Part shown: positions 53,866-63,335 of the stretch, in pieces | Layout: each line of letters starts with the position of its first letter | How positions within the stretch are numbered: position 1 is the stretch's first letter | Virus record (IMG/VR): IMGVR_UViG_3300008108_000118 | Strand: one strand, 5' to 3' | Length of the DNA stretch: 64,000 bases | DNA from: a virus | Position numbers and translations under genes: made by a program | The notes under the pieces: generated by a model | The model's database searches: none | What the model was told of the DNA's origin: nothing | What the model saw: only the letters and a program-made list of their open reading frames with translations

Positions 53866-54486
53866 ATGGACACAAATATTAGTATGTTAGGTGCAATAAT
53901 AGTTGCGGTAATTTCAACAATAATAGGACCAACTATTATGGAATATGTTAAACAAAAGTTTAGAAAGAAAAAAGGTGATTTAATAAAAAAAGATTTAGAA
54001 AAAAATGTAATTGTTGATCAAGAATTGAGATCCATATCTGAGGTATTAGATGCCGATAGAGTTTGGATAACACAATTCCATAACGGAGGTCATTTTTTAC
54101 TTTCAAATAAATCTATTCAAAAATTTTCAATAACATATGAAATAACAAAAATTGGTGTTAGTCCAGCGAGTCAAGTTTTTAAAGATATTCCCATATCTTT
54201 ATATTCAAGAGCAATGAATAAAATTTTAGAAGATGGTTACATTTATGTTTCCGATTTTGATAATCCTTGTATAGAATCATATTGTTTAAAAAGTGCGGCA
54301 TATGCCACCGGAACTAAGTCCAGTTATATTGTGGCATTAAATGATATTGTGACCGACAGGTGTATCGGTACAATTGGTGTTGAATATTGTAATAAAAAAG
54401 AGTTGCACCAAGACGAAATTGAATTTATAACAGAAAAAAGTAATAGAATTGCGGGATATCTATCAGTATTTTTAAAAGAGAAATAA
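53866..54486 (+). CDS. membrane-anchored hypothetical protein (N-terminal TM), 206 aa
   Basis: N-terminal helix GAIIVAVISTIIGPTIM. Confidence 0.45.
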   Translation: MDTNISMLGAIIVAVISTIIGPTIMEYVKQKFRKKKGDLIKKDLEKNVIVDQELRSISEVLDADRVWITQFHNGGHFLLSNKSIQKFSITYEITKIGVSPASQVFKDIPISLYSRAMNKILEDGYIYVSDFDNPCIESYCLKSAAYATGTKSSYIVALNDIVTDRCIGTIGVEYCNKKELHQDEIEFITEKSNRIAGYLSVFLKEK

Positions 54487-54533
54487 ATATCTTTTTAATT
54501 TAAAAAGATATTTATCAATATATTTATGTTTTT

Positions 54534-56093
54534 ATGAAAATAAAAAATTTGATTTATGATTTATTGTTAGAGGAAGTTAAAAACAAAAAACTTCTTGACT
54601 ATCTCTCAAACAAATGGTTTGGTGAAAATCCAACACAGGAACAAAGAATAGAATCTGAAAAACTATATACTGAATTCCAAAAAATACAAAACGGTCTGTC
54701 AACAAAAAGACCTCAAGTAATTTCATTTTTAACTCGTTTTGATGGTAATCACGGTTTTAGTGTGTTTGATCCAAATAATCTTAGAGATATTACAAAATAT
54801 ACGTTACAACAAATAAGATCATTAGTTGACGAATATAGAGATGATGATTTGGATCTTGGAGGAGATGTTTTTTCTGGTAAAGACACAAAACCAACGACCG
54901 AAAGATTAGATGCTTCTAAATCACTATGGGAAGGAGATCAAAATTTAATAATAAATGAAGGCGGTCTTAGGGTTTATGACATTAAAGATCAAAAAATGTC
55001 AGTTAAGTATGGTTATTATGTTGAAAATGTAAATAAAGACCAAGGTGGTACCATGCCGTGGTGTGTGACATGGAGACCTGATCAACCAAATAGAACAAAT
55101 ATGTGGGGTCATTACAGAAGTCAAGGAAGAAGTTTTTATTTTGTTATTGATACCAACAAAAACCCTAAAAAAGACAGATATTATTTAGGTGCATTACAAA
55201 GAGTAAAAAGTAACACAACTGGTTTTATTTTAACATCTGTTTTAAATGATGGTGATAATACAATGTCTTGGGATCAAATAATTGGAATATATCCACAATT
55301 AAAAAATTATAAAGAATTATTCATAGAAAAACCATATAGTCAAGATGAATTGGAGGAAAAAAATATTGTAGGTCAAATTACAGAAAGACCAGGTAGTCAA
55401 TATGAATTTAGAAGAATGGATAGACAACTTAAAAAGGCATATATCAATAATCTAGGTACTTTAACTTTACCTGAATCTTGGCAATCAATGGACGAAAAAC
55501 TAAGAGCACTTTATATTACAACAACTAGAGAAAATGATATAACCAATAAATTTAGTAATTTATCATTTGTAAATGAAATAAAAAAAGTTGGTAACGAATA
55601 CACTTTACTTAAAAATAGATTAATTGCCCTTAAAAAGAGTCCCGGTTTCATTATTGAACATTTAATGAAAAATGAATTTGATATCGTTATGAGAAATGTT
55701 GCTAATGATAATATCAAATTATTACAAAGTAAAAACACAAGAAAATATGGTTTATTCGATTCGTTAAAAAACGATTGGGTAAAATTAAATGGTGTTGAAT
55801 ATTTTGTTAATTATCAAAAAATAGATCATAAAATAGTTGAGGACGATAATGGAACCGAATATTTCCTTCATGTATTTTCAACATCACCAGAACCAAATCA
55901 ACAATCATTTTATTGTTTATATGATTCAAATAGTGAAGTATCTAGTGGACAAATACAAGATTCTTATTTTGTATCTAAAAATAAATGGGACGATTTAATC
56001 AAATCAGAGAAAATAATCGATGATGAAATGATGGCAACATCTAAAGATGTTGATTTGGGTACAGATTCCGACATAAAAGAAATGTTTAAATAA
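54534..56093 (+). CDS. paralog-family protein D (divergent core GGTMPWCVTW ... FYFVIDT)
   Basis: Shares the W-C-[TV]-T core and a downstream aromatic/hydrophobic strand with the other three paralogs. Confidence 0.5.
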   Translation: MKIKNLIYDLLLEEVKNKKLLDYLSNKWFGENPTQEQRIESEKLYTEFQKIQNGLSTKRPQVISFLTRFDGNHGFSVFDPNNLRDITKYTLQQIRSLVDEYRDDDLDLGGDVFSGKDTKPTTERLDASKSLWEGDQNLIINEGGLRVYDIKDQKMSVKYGYYVENVNKDQGGTMPWCVTWRPDQPNRTNMWGHYRSQGRSFYFVIDTNKNPKKDRYYLGALQRVKSNTTGFILTSVLNDGDNTMSWDQIIGIYPQLKNYKELFIEKPYSQDELEEKNIVGQITERPGSQYEFRRMDRQLKKAYINNLGTLTLPESWQSMDEKLRALYITTTRENDITNKFSNLSFVNEIKKVGNEYTLLKNRLIALKKSPGFIIEHLMKNEFDIVMRNVANDNIKLLQSKNTRKYGLFDSLKNDWVKLNGVEYFVNYQKIDHKIVEDDNGTEYFLHVFSTSPEPNQQSFYCLYDSNSEVSSGQIQDSYFVSKNKWDDLIKSEKIIDDEMMATSKDVDLGTDSDIKEMFK

Positions 56094-56123
56094 TAAAAAA
56101 GGGAGGTTAACCTCCCTTTTTTA
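56094..56123. terminator. bidirectional intrinsic terminator (A7-GGGAGGTTAACCTCCC-T6) between convergent genes
   Basis: Perfect palindromic GC stem flanked by A and T runs. Confidence 0.75.
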
Positions 56124-56720
56124 TTTAAGTAAACTATAGTACTCTTTAAAGTGTTTAATTCTATCAGGTAATCCAATAGTTCCACCATTTACTCTTTTCG
56201 TAATTGAAGTAACATCAACATCAGTAGCACCTTTATCGGCTAATGTGTTTAATCCATTTTTACCCCAAAACCAAGCCGCAGATAGTAATGGATATTTTGT
56301 CGCAACTAAATCAGGATTTTCTAAAATGTTTTCAGTAACAACTTTATCAAATTCAGTATAATTTGCTTTACCGGTTAATTGGATATAACCTCTGCCGCGA
56401 AATTTATAACCTTCTTTTGTTGGTTCAGCACCATTACCCATTCTTCCACCATAAACTCTCGATGCAATTAGTTCAGGTTTTCTTTCATACTGTTCTGCAA
56501 GTGCCTGAGTTGGGAAATACTTTTTAAACGTAGTTAATAAACCTTTTGCCCCGTAATTAAGGTTCTCGTTTACAAACTTAAATCCACCACTTTCATGTCC
56601 ACACTGAGCAAGAAAATGAGATAATCTCAAGGGTGTGTTTATGTTAAATTTAGCCATAACATCGGGAATTTGTCCGATCACTGTGTCAGGAACATGTCCT
56701 TTTAATTTGTTTAAATCCAT
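56121..56720 (-). CDS. endolysin, glycoside hydrolase family 19 (chitinase-like lysozyme)
   Basis: HFLAQCGHESGGF ... YGGRMGNGAEPT ... GYKFRGRGYIQLTGKANY are GH19 catalytic-region signatures found in phage endolysins. Confidence 0.85.
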   Translation of the reverse strand: MDLNKLKGHVPDTVIGQIPDVMAKFNINTPLRLSHFLAQCGHESGGFKFVNENLNYGAKGLLTTFKKYFPTQALAEQYERKPELIASRVYGGRMGNGAEPTKEGYKFRGRGYIQLTGKANYTEFDKVVTENILENPDLVATKYPLLSAAWFWGKNGLNTLADKGATDVDVTSITKRVNGGTIGLPDRIKHFKEYYSLLK

Positions 56721-56746
56721 TGTTTTTTGTTTTTATTTATTGTTTA

Positions 56747-57019
56747 TTATTCTACTGTTTCTTCATTTGTTTCTTCTGCCGGTTTACCATGTTTCATAAC
56801 GATAAATTTATCAACTGAGGCAATACCAAATGACCCCAATGTCATAATTAGGAACGAATTAAAGATGAAGTCTGTAACTAATAATTCTTTACCTAAAGAA
56901 CCTGTTACGATGTCTGCAACGGCAAATATTACCATTACAACAAAAGATGCAAAACCAACAACCGATTTTTCATTTATATCGTTGTTGTCACTAAATAAAT
57001 TTTTAAAAAATTTTTTCAT
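56747..57019 (-). CDS. putative holin (90 aa, two TM helices), immediately upstream of the endolysin
   Basis: TM1 VVGFASFVVMVIFAVADIVTG. TM2 FIFNSFLIMTLGSFGIASV. Charged C-terminus. Preferred over the overlapping plus-strand ORF 56727..57047. Confidence 0.5.
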   Translation of the reverse strand: MKKFFKNLFSDNNDINEKSVVGFASFVVMVIFAVADIVTGSLGKELLVTDFIFNSFLIMTLGSFGIASVDKFIVMKHGKPAEETNEETVE

Positions 57020-57040
57020 AGGATACGGATTTTATTTTTA

Positions 57041-57472
57041 TTATTGACTTATACCAGTTATAAAGATGGTTAACCAAACAACAAGTGCCGATACCACACC
57101 AATCGTTACTCTTTGTTTTACTTTTTTATCCTCAAATTCCATCTTTTTATATTTTTCAATTTCTTTAACGTAAACGTCATTTAATAATAAAGTTCTTTTT
57201 AAGGAATCTTGTGTTTTTGATAAATTTTTATTTGTATTAATTAATGATTCACTTGTTAATCTCAAATTTTCTTTATTTTGAAATAAAGAAACATTTATTA
57301 ATTTAATACTATCTTTTAATAATAAAAATTTATTATCAATTGCTTTGGCTTGAGGTACGGTCATTATAACAACTTCCTCACCTTTAATAATCTTCGTAGT
57401 CGGATATTGTGCGAATGATATATGGCTCACCACGATCATTGTCAATATCATAAAGTATTTTTTTAAGTTCAT
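57041..57472 (-). CDS. membrane protein with N-terminal signal/TM and C-terminal TM; lysis-associated (spanin-like) candidate
   Basis: Overlaps the 3' end of the lipoprotein ORF 57384..57716 in another frame. Coiled-coil middle region. Confidence 0.4.
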   Translation of the reverse strand: MNLKKYFMILTMIVVSHISFAQYPTTKIIKGEEVVIMTVPQAKAIDNKFLLLKDSIKLINVSLFQNKENLRLTSESLINTNKNLSKTQDSLKRTLLLNDVYVKEIEKYKKMEFEDKKVKQRVTIGVVSALVVWLTIFITGISQ

Positions 57473-57716
57473 TATTTTCTTCTTTTAATTGTTTTATTTC
57501 ATTTTCCATTTTTTGAATCTTTTTTACAGTTTTTTCTACTTTTCCTGTAATTGCAGAATCAGATTTGGAAGAGGCTTCTTGTGCTACTTCTGAATTTAAT
57601 TTACTTTGTTGTATCAGAGAATCTATGGTAGAAGTTGTATTGTCAACCTTTTCCATTTTAATGGTTTTTGAGTTACAAGAAAGTAATAAAATACAGAAAA
57701 ATAATAGTTTTTTCAT
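57384..57716 (-). CDS. predicted lipoprotein (lipobox LLLSC), o-spanin-like candidate
   Basis: MKKLLFFCILLLSCNS signal plus lipobox. Coiled-coil/charged mature region. Lies in the lysis cluster. Confidence 0.5.
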   Translation of the reverse strand: MKKLLFFCILLLSCNSKTIKMEKVDNTTSTIDSLIQQSKLNSEVAQEASSKSDSAITGKVEKTVKKIQKMENEIKQLKEENNELKKILYDIDNDRGEPYIIRTISDYEDY

Positions 57717-57718
57717 GA

Positions 57719-58021
57719 TTACTTAATTTTTCCTAATTCTTGTAATACCGCAATTTTAGATGCCGCTGCGGACAATGTACTATCGGATCTACGAAGAGCT
57801 TCAGTTAATTGATCAACTTTTCCTTCTAATTTTGTTATTTTTTCGTTCATTGTTTTTTGTGTATTTGAGTTAGTCATCTTTATATCAACATAAAGATAAC
57901 CTACAGCAATTATACAAATGAACATTAAACCTTTAACAGGTTCTTTAGCGAATTCTTTGAAAGAGATTGGTGGTTTTACTGTACCAGCAACTGTTTCTAC
58001 TGCGGATTTAGCCTTAGCCAT
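57719..58021 (-). CDS. single-TM coiled-coil protein, i-spanin-like candidate
   Basis: N-terminal TM GLMFICIIAVGYLYV followed by a periplasmic coiled coil. Confidence 0.4.
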   Translation of the reverse strand: MAKAKSAVETVAGTVKPPISFKEFAKEPVKGLMFICIIAVGYLYVDIKMTNSNTQKTMNEKITKLEGKVDQLTEALRRSDSTLSAAASKIAVLQELGKIK

Positions 58022-58189
58022 TTAAATAGGATTTTGGATATATTATTATAACTATAAATATTGACATTTTTTAAAAATTCATATATATTTATTGTAGACC
58101 TTGTGATTGAATCGGAAGTGTTTAAGTAACATTTGAGTTGGAATTGATACCAACGAATTCGGGTTCAAATACAAAAAAATATAAGGAAA

Positions 58190-58987
58190 ATGAGAAGAAG
58201 AATTTCACTTCAAAGTGGTCTTGCTGTACCACAATCTTTTATTACCAAGGGTAAACAAAGATTAAAACAAAACGTAGACACCGTATATATGAACAACGGT
58301 GATGAGTTCGAGATCGAACTTTATAATCCCACACAAAATAAGATTTTAGCAAAAATTGAAATGAATGGTAGTTCTATTGGTAATGGAATTATCCTTCGTC
58401 CTGGTGAAAGGGTATTTTTAGAAAGATACTTTGATGAAGCCAAAAAGTTTTTGTTTGAAACTTATACTGTCGACGGAAATAATGAAGAAGTACAAAATGC
58501 AATTGCAAAAAATGGTGATGTTACTGTTAGTTTCTACAATGAAAATAAACCACAACTGTATAATACAATCACTCCAAATGTAAATTGGACTGCAACAAAT
58601 GTGGGTGGTTCTTTTTCTTACACGGGTGATATTGGTGTATATAACACAACAACATCTGGCACTGTTAGTTATAGTAGTACATCGGGAACTTATACTACCA
58701 CAAATGAACCAATATTATTTTCAAGTTCTGTTAAATCCACACTTGATAAAAAATCGAGAGAAATTGAAACGGGTAGGGTTGAGAAGGGTTCAAATTCCGA
58801 TCAATCATTTGTTTATGATAACTCAAGTTTCGAATATTATTCATTTCATACTAACTGGTGGAGAATAAAACCTATGCAGGAAAAACCATGCACTAAGGAC
58901 GATTTAGTGGTTTACTGCACGGAATGCGGTGCAAAACGTAAGAAAGATAACCATAAATTTTGTCCACATTGTGGAACAAAATATTAA
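58190..58987 (+). CDS. hypothetical protein with C-terminal zinc ribbon (CTEC...CPHC)
   Basis: VVYCTECGAKRKKDNHKFCPHCGTKY. Confidence 0.5.
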   Translation: MRRRISLQSGLAVPQSFITKGKQRLKQNVDTVYMNNGDEFEIELYNPTQNKILAKIEMNGSSIGNGIILRPGERVFLERYFDEAKKFLFETYTVDGNNEEVQNAIAKNGDVTVSFYNENKPQLYNTITPNVNWTATNVGGSFSYTGDIGVYNTTTSGTVSYSSTSGTYTTTNEPILFSSSVKSTLDKKSREIETGRVEKGSNSDQSFVYDNSSFEYYSFHTNWWRIKPMQEKPCTKDDLVVYCTECGAKRKKDNHKFCPHCGTKY

Positions 58988-59011
58988 TAAAAAATAAAAC
59001 ACAAGGTCAAT

Positions 59012-59040
59012 AAAAAAGGGGAGTTAAACTCCCCTTTTTT
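59012..59040. terminator. bidirectional intrinsic terminator (A6-GGGGAGT-TAA-ACTCCCC-T6) between convergent genes
   Basis: 7-bp GC-rich stem flanked by A and T runs. Confidence 0.75.
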
Positions 59041-59057
59041 AATTTGTATTTTCTCAA

Positions 59058-59918
59058 TTATAGAATTGATTTTCCGTTAAAAGCAATTGCTTCAGATAAA
59101 ATACTTAAAGTATTTTTACCGGTAAAACTGTGATATCTTTCAAACATTTCTTGTAAGAAACCTTTAATACCACCCCAAACATTTCCAGCGACATTTGCCG
59201 CCTTATTTGCAAAACCAGTCACTCCCTGTTTAACGGTGTTGTACGCACTACTTACAGTTTGTTTGGCTTTATTATATGCACCTGATGCCCAACTTGCTGC
59301 CTTATCCCAAGCAACACCAACTTGATTTTGTATTGTACCCCACTGTTGTCCCAACCAACCTGAAACAGCACCACCAAATTCTTTAATAGCAGCGGCACCG
59401 ACTAATATTTTTGCCCATGCCTGAACACCAAATTGTTTGAATGCCTGTATAACCCACTTAACAACACCGAATGTAGCTTCTTTTGCTGAGTTAAGTCCTT
59501 GTAAAATAGCTTGTGATCCTTTTTCGATTGCGATACCAGCCGCTTTCAATGCATCCATTCCCGATTTTCCAACTGCTTGAGCACCACTAACAACGGCCTT
59601 ACCTGTTGAGGCCAAAAATTTCAATATTGCATTACTAACCGCCGCACTTACTTTGTAAAGACCTTTACCTATTAAATAAACAACAGTTGCACCTGCAATA
59701 AAAATGTTAAATGTTATTTTACCTATCGTTACCACAATTTGTTTACCTATATTAACAGCCTTTACAGCTGCGGTATTTACCGCTTGTCTGACTTTCTGTC
59801 CTGCTTGTGTACCGGTTTGAACACCTTGATTATAACTTTGTTTAATGTCTTCTTTGAGGATTATTTCATTTATCAAATCCTTTAATTGGGATTCCGTTAA
59901 TTTAACTACTCTAGCCAT
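59058..59918 (-). CDS. hypothetical Ala/Gly/Lys-rich protein with central hydrophobic segment (possible virion protein)
   Basis: TATTTATAAATA lies 11 nt upstream of the ATG within the 22-bp repeat. Confidence 0.5.
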   Translation of the reverse strand: MARVVKLTESQLKDLINEIILKEDIKQSYNQGVQTGTQAGQKVRQAVNTAAVKAVNIGKQIVVTIGKITFNIFIAGATVVYLIGKGLYKVSAAVSNAILKFLASTGKAVVSGAQAVGKSGMDALKAAGIAIEKGSQAILQGLNSAKEATFGVVKWVIQAFKQFGVQAWAKILVGAAAIKEFGGAVSGWLGQQWGTIQNQVGVAWDKAASWASGAYNKAKQTVSSAYNTVKQGVTGFANKAANVAGNVWGGIKGFLQEMFERYHSFTGKNTLSILSEAIAFNGKSIL

Positions 59919-59928
59919 AATGTTTTTT

Positions 59929-59950
59929 ATTTATAAATATCTTGACTTTT
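59929..59950. repeat. 22-bp repeat ATTTATAAATATCTTGACTTTT (copy 2)
   Basis: Identical to 24862..24883. Confidence 0.8.
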
Positions 59951-59960
59951 ATAAAAAAAA

Positions 59961-61811
59961 TTATTTTATTACTTTTTTAAATTTAATAAAACTTTCAAAT
60001 AACTGATAATTTGTCACATATGACGCTAAATTTTCTACCTTAACATTACCTCTGTAAGATTTACCTGTGTCTTTATTTTGAAAATGTATCTCGACTGATT
60101 TTTCAGAACAGTCAACACCAGATAATATTTTTACAATCACATGTTCATTTTCAAAAAAGTCTTTATTTTTGAAAATTTTACTATATACATCATTAAATTT
60201 TTGTCTAACTTCTAAACATTCTTTTGTTACCTCACCATCATCTATTAATTCTTCAAAAAATTTTTCAACATCATATTCCATTTTATCCCATCCTGCGGTT
60301 TCCCCCACATATTCATAAATGTATTCATATTCCGTTTGAACATTATTATCCGTTATATAATCCTCAATTATATTAAGTAAATCGGATCCCCCTTCCCCAT
60401 CCATTTTTGTTATGTTATTTTTAACCAAATATTGTACAAAATATACAATATTTAATTCGACGTTAGAATTACGATAACCATTATCTATTTTTATATACTT
60501 TTCAATATCATTTATTAATTTTTGTGCCTCAGCTTCAAAACTTTCTTGATTTAATCTCGTTGATTGATCTAAAAATTCTTCTTGTATTTTGCTACTTTTA
60601 TAAAAAATTTCAAAATAATCTTTTTTAAATTGTTCATAATTAAAAGAACCTAAACCTTGTTTTACTTTATCTGAATTTTCTTCATAATATTTTTTGAATA
60701 AAGGTTCAAGTTCAATTGCAACATCATCATCATTATAAAATCTATCTCTTAAATCATCATATATTCTATCATAACTACTATTAATGTCCCCATTATACCC
60801 CGCAAGTACACTTTCCACATCACCAATTGTACTATAACTTCTGTAAGAATCTACTTCGAAATTAACATATCCACCACCAATCTGAATATCAACTAATCGT
60901 TCATGTTCTATCTTTTCTTTCAATCCATCTATATTATTATTTAATAAATCATATACAATTGGATTTGATGTTGCATCTTCAGAAATTGATTTTTTCAATA
61001 ACTCAAGTGAATCTTCACCACTTAAAACAGTCATTCTTTTTATTTGAGCATCTATTTGTTTTTGATCAGTAACATTTGTAAAAAGTGATGGGAAAAAATA
61101 TTTTTTAATTTCGGGATTTTCATTTAAAAAATCACCAGTATTAATTTGTTTGTCAGCCGGATTCATGAATTGTTTAGACTCAAAATGAAACTGATACTTA
61201 TCATTTTCATTTGTTTTATTAATCATAATAAACAATGGTCCCTGTGTGTTATATCTACTGAAATAATTATCCTTACCCTTATGTTTATCATTTAAAGAAT
61301 ATGGACCCCATGTTGTACACCATTCAGTATTAACACCTAAATAACACGATGCCCTTTCGGTTAATGGTTGAACAATATACCAATTTTCTCCGTTATGTAA
61401 AATTTTATATTCTTGTTCAGATAAAGATTTTAATATCGTAGATATATCTCTTTTATCTTGAACAATGTATTTTTTAACTAAATCATATAAATCACTAAGT
61501 TGATTTACTTTATTTATGTCTACTGCTATTTTGTGTTTATATAGATACCCAAGATAATCCTTGGCTCTATCTAAATCTTCCAATTTCAATGTACCCTTAC
61601 CATATAATAACAATAATAATTTAGAATACTTTCCAATTCTTTGTACCCTTTTTTCAATACTTGTATCAACTCCCGGATTTACCGCTGATTGTGGATCTGC
61701 TGAAATTACTTTAATAAATGTTGCGGGAGGTATTTTACTATAATATTTTGTATATATCTCACTGGGGGTGGCCTCAACTAATAATTCCTCAAATAGTAAT
61801 TTTAATTTCAT
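59961..61811 (-). CDS. paralog-family protein C (core YLGVNTEWCTTW ... LFIMINK), 616 aa
   Basis: IVQPLTERASCYLGVNTEWCTTWGP...YFSRYNTQGPLFIMIN aligns with paralogs A and B. Confidence 0.6.
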   Translation of the reverse strand: MKLKLLFEELLVEATPSEIYTKYYSKIPPATFIKVISADPQSAVNPGVDTSIEKRVQRIGKYSKLLLLLYGKGTLKLEDLDRAKDYLGYLYKHKIAVDINKVNQLSDLYDLVKKYIVQDKRDISTILKSLSEQEYKILHNGENWYIVQPLTERASCYLGVNTEWCTTWGPYSLNDKHKGKDNYFSRYNTQGPLFIMINKTNENDKYQFHFESKQFMNPADKQINTGDFLNENPEIKKYFFPSLFTNVTDQKQIDAQIKRMTVLSGEDSLELLKKSISEDATSNPIVYDLLNNNIDGLKEKIEHERLVDIQIGGGYVNFEVDSYRSYSTIGDVESVLAGYNGDINSSYDRIYDDLRDRFYNDDDVAIELEPLFKKYYEENSDKVKQGLGSFNYEQFKKDYFEIFYKSSKIQEEFLDQSTRLNQESFEAEAQKLINDIEKYIKIDNGYRNSNVELNIVYFVQYLVKNNITKMDGEGGSDLLNIIEDYITDNNVQTEYEYIYEYVGETAGWDKMEYDVEKFFEELIDDGEVTKECLEVRQKFNDVYSKIFKNKDFFENEHVIVKILSGVDCSEKSVEIHFQNKDTGKSYRGNVKVENLASYVTNYQLFESFIKFKKVIK

Positions 61812-61823
61812 AAAGTTTAATTA

Positions 61824-62918
61824 TTACATACAACCACCTTGAATATCCCAAATAGTAGTACCAATTGGACTATATACAAATATATCAACAGAATTCATTG
61901 ATTCATCTTTCACAAAATTGGTAACACCAACTATTCGTCCTGGAAATAATTCATCTCTTCCTTCTGTTTTTATAACATCAGAAGTGAATGTCCAAAACCC
62001 ACCCGCCTTTTTTATTCTTTCAACATTCCTCTCCCCTGATTTTGACCAATTTATATTGACAACATGACCAAGAAGTTCTTGTAAACCACCATCATCATTA
62101 AAACTTGAAGGATCGGGAATATTTTTTATATTACTTGGGAACATACCGGGTATTTTTTGACCATTTTTAACATATGTGTGATACAATATTGTTCCCAACA
62201 TAATATTCCAGTAAGTTTTTGGTTCGTCACCAACAAATCCCGTATTTATAATTTTATTACCCGATCTTACAACTAACATATCAGGAACCATACGTGGATA
62301 CATAACAATTTTAAATTTAGACCCGACCGGCATTTTTGATATATCAATAGATTTACTATATCCTAAGAAATTGTTATTTGGGTACGCAACACCACCATTC
62401 ATTGTTTCTTTAAAATCACAAATATTGTTTGTAGTGGTGCCGGTATTAACTGGTGTTTCTTTTTCACCCGAAACAGATGCAAACAACTTTACATATTGCC
62501 AAGCTGTATAATCGGGGTGTTTTGAACCTTTTTTAGTATCCCAATCAGGTCCTTGAGCACCTTTATTATCTATTATTAAATTTACATTTTGTGGTAATTT
62601 CTTATCTAAATAATTTTTAACCTCTTCAGCCCTTAATCTTGAAAGATCTCCGGGTTTCAAACCAACACCACTATTTGGTACTTTAGACTCCGAAGATTCT
62701 ATGGTTACATTTATTGCCGTATTTTTTGGGTATTTTGAAATATACCCATTAATTTGAGCTAGTGCACCATCTATAGCTTGTGTATTTATTGGTCTATATT
62801 GACCACTTGGAAAACTATTTGGTGGTAATTTAATTTCTAACGCTTGACCCCTTTCTACTACGGGGTCCTGTTCTAGAATTATTCTTTTTAATTGATTTTC
62901 TGTTATAATAATTTTCAT
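61824..62918 (-). CDS. hypothetical protein, 364 aa
   Basis: Long ORF. No family recognised. Confidence 0.5.
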   Translation of the reverse strand: MKIIITENQLKRIILEQDPVVERGQALEIKLPPNSFPSGQYRPINTQAIDGALAQINGYISKYPKNTAINVTIESSESKVPNSGVGLKPGDLSRLRAEEVKNYLDKKLPQNVNLIIDNKGAQGPDWDTKKGSKHPDYTAWQYVKLFASVSGEKETPVNTGTTTNNICDFKETMNGGVAYPNNNFLGYSKSIDISKMPVGSKFKIVMYPRMVPDMLVVRSGNKIINTGFVGDEPKTYWNIMLGTILYHTYVKNGQKIPGMFPSNIKNIPDPSSFNDDGGLQELLGHVVNINWSKSGERNVERIKKAGGFWTFTSDVIKTEGRDELFPGRIVGVTNFVKDESMNSVDIFVYSPIGTTIWDIQGGCM

Positions 62919-62968
62919 ATAGATAAATATAATATCAAAATAAAAAAAATGAAGTTATATTTATAAAT

Positions 62969-63334
62969 ATGAGGAAGTTTTTTACGATTCTACTTTCAGA
63001 TAGTAATAAAATATCAACCAAAAGGTTTATTGGGTTGATATGTTTAATTATGTTTATTGCATATGGTATCTCAGGATTACTAAGACCGTTTAATGTTCAA
63101 TTTTGGATTTTTTATGTTTCTTTATGTACAATAACAATTTGGATTGCATTCAAGTTTATGTCTTCTGAAAAAATATTGAAGTATGATGTTATATCAAAAT
63201 TAACTAAATTTGGTGCAGTAAAAGAAGTTGTGGATGGATTTATAGAAAATGAAAATACAATAGATGGTATAATACAACCTAATAATAATGAAGAGGTGGG
63301 GGAAGAAGAAACTGTTTGGAATAAAGTAGAATAA
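62969..63334 (+). CDS. membrane protein (2 TM), 121 aa
   Basis: GTTATATTTATAAAT lies immediately upstream of the ATG. Helices LICLIMFIAYGISGLL and FWIFYVSLCTITIWIAF. Confidence 0.45.
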   Translation: MRKFFTILLSDSNKISTKRFIGLICLIMFIAYGISGLLRPFNVQFWIFYVSLCTITIWIAFKFMSSEKILKYDVISKLTKFGAVKEVVDGFIENENTIDGIIQPNNNEEVGEEETVWNKVE

Positions 63335-63335
63335 A

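Noticed and set aside
56727-57047. Plus-strand ORF 56727..57047 (106 aa)
   Set aside because: It overlaps the better-supported minus-strand two-TM holin candidate 56747..57019, which fits the co-oriented lysis cassette. The plus-strand frame has an odd Tyr/Phe-rich tail.
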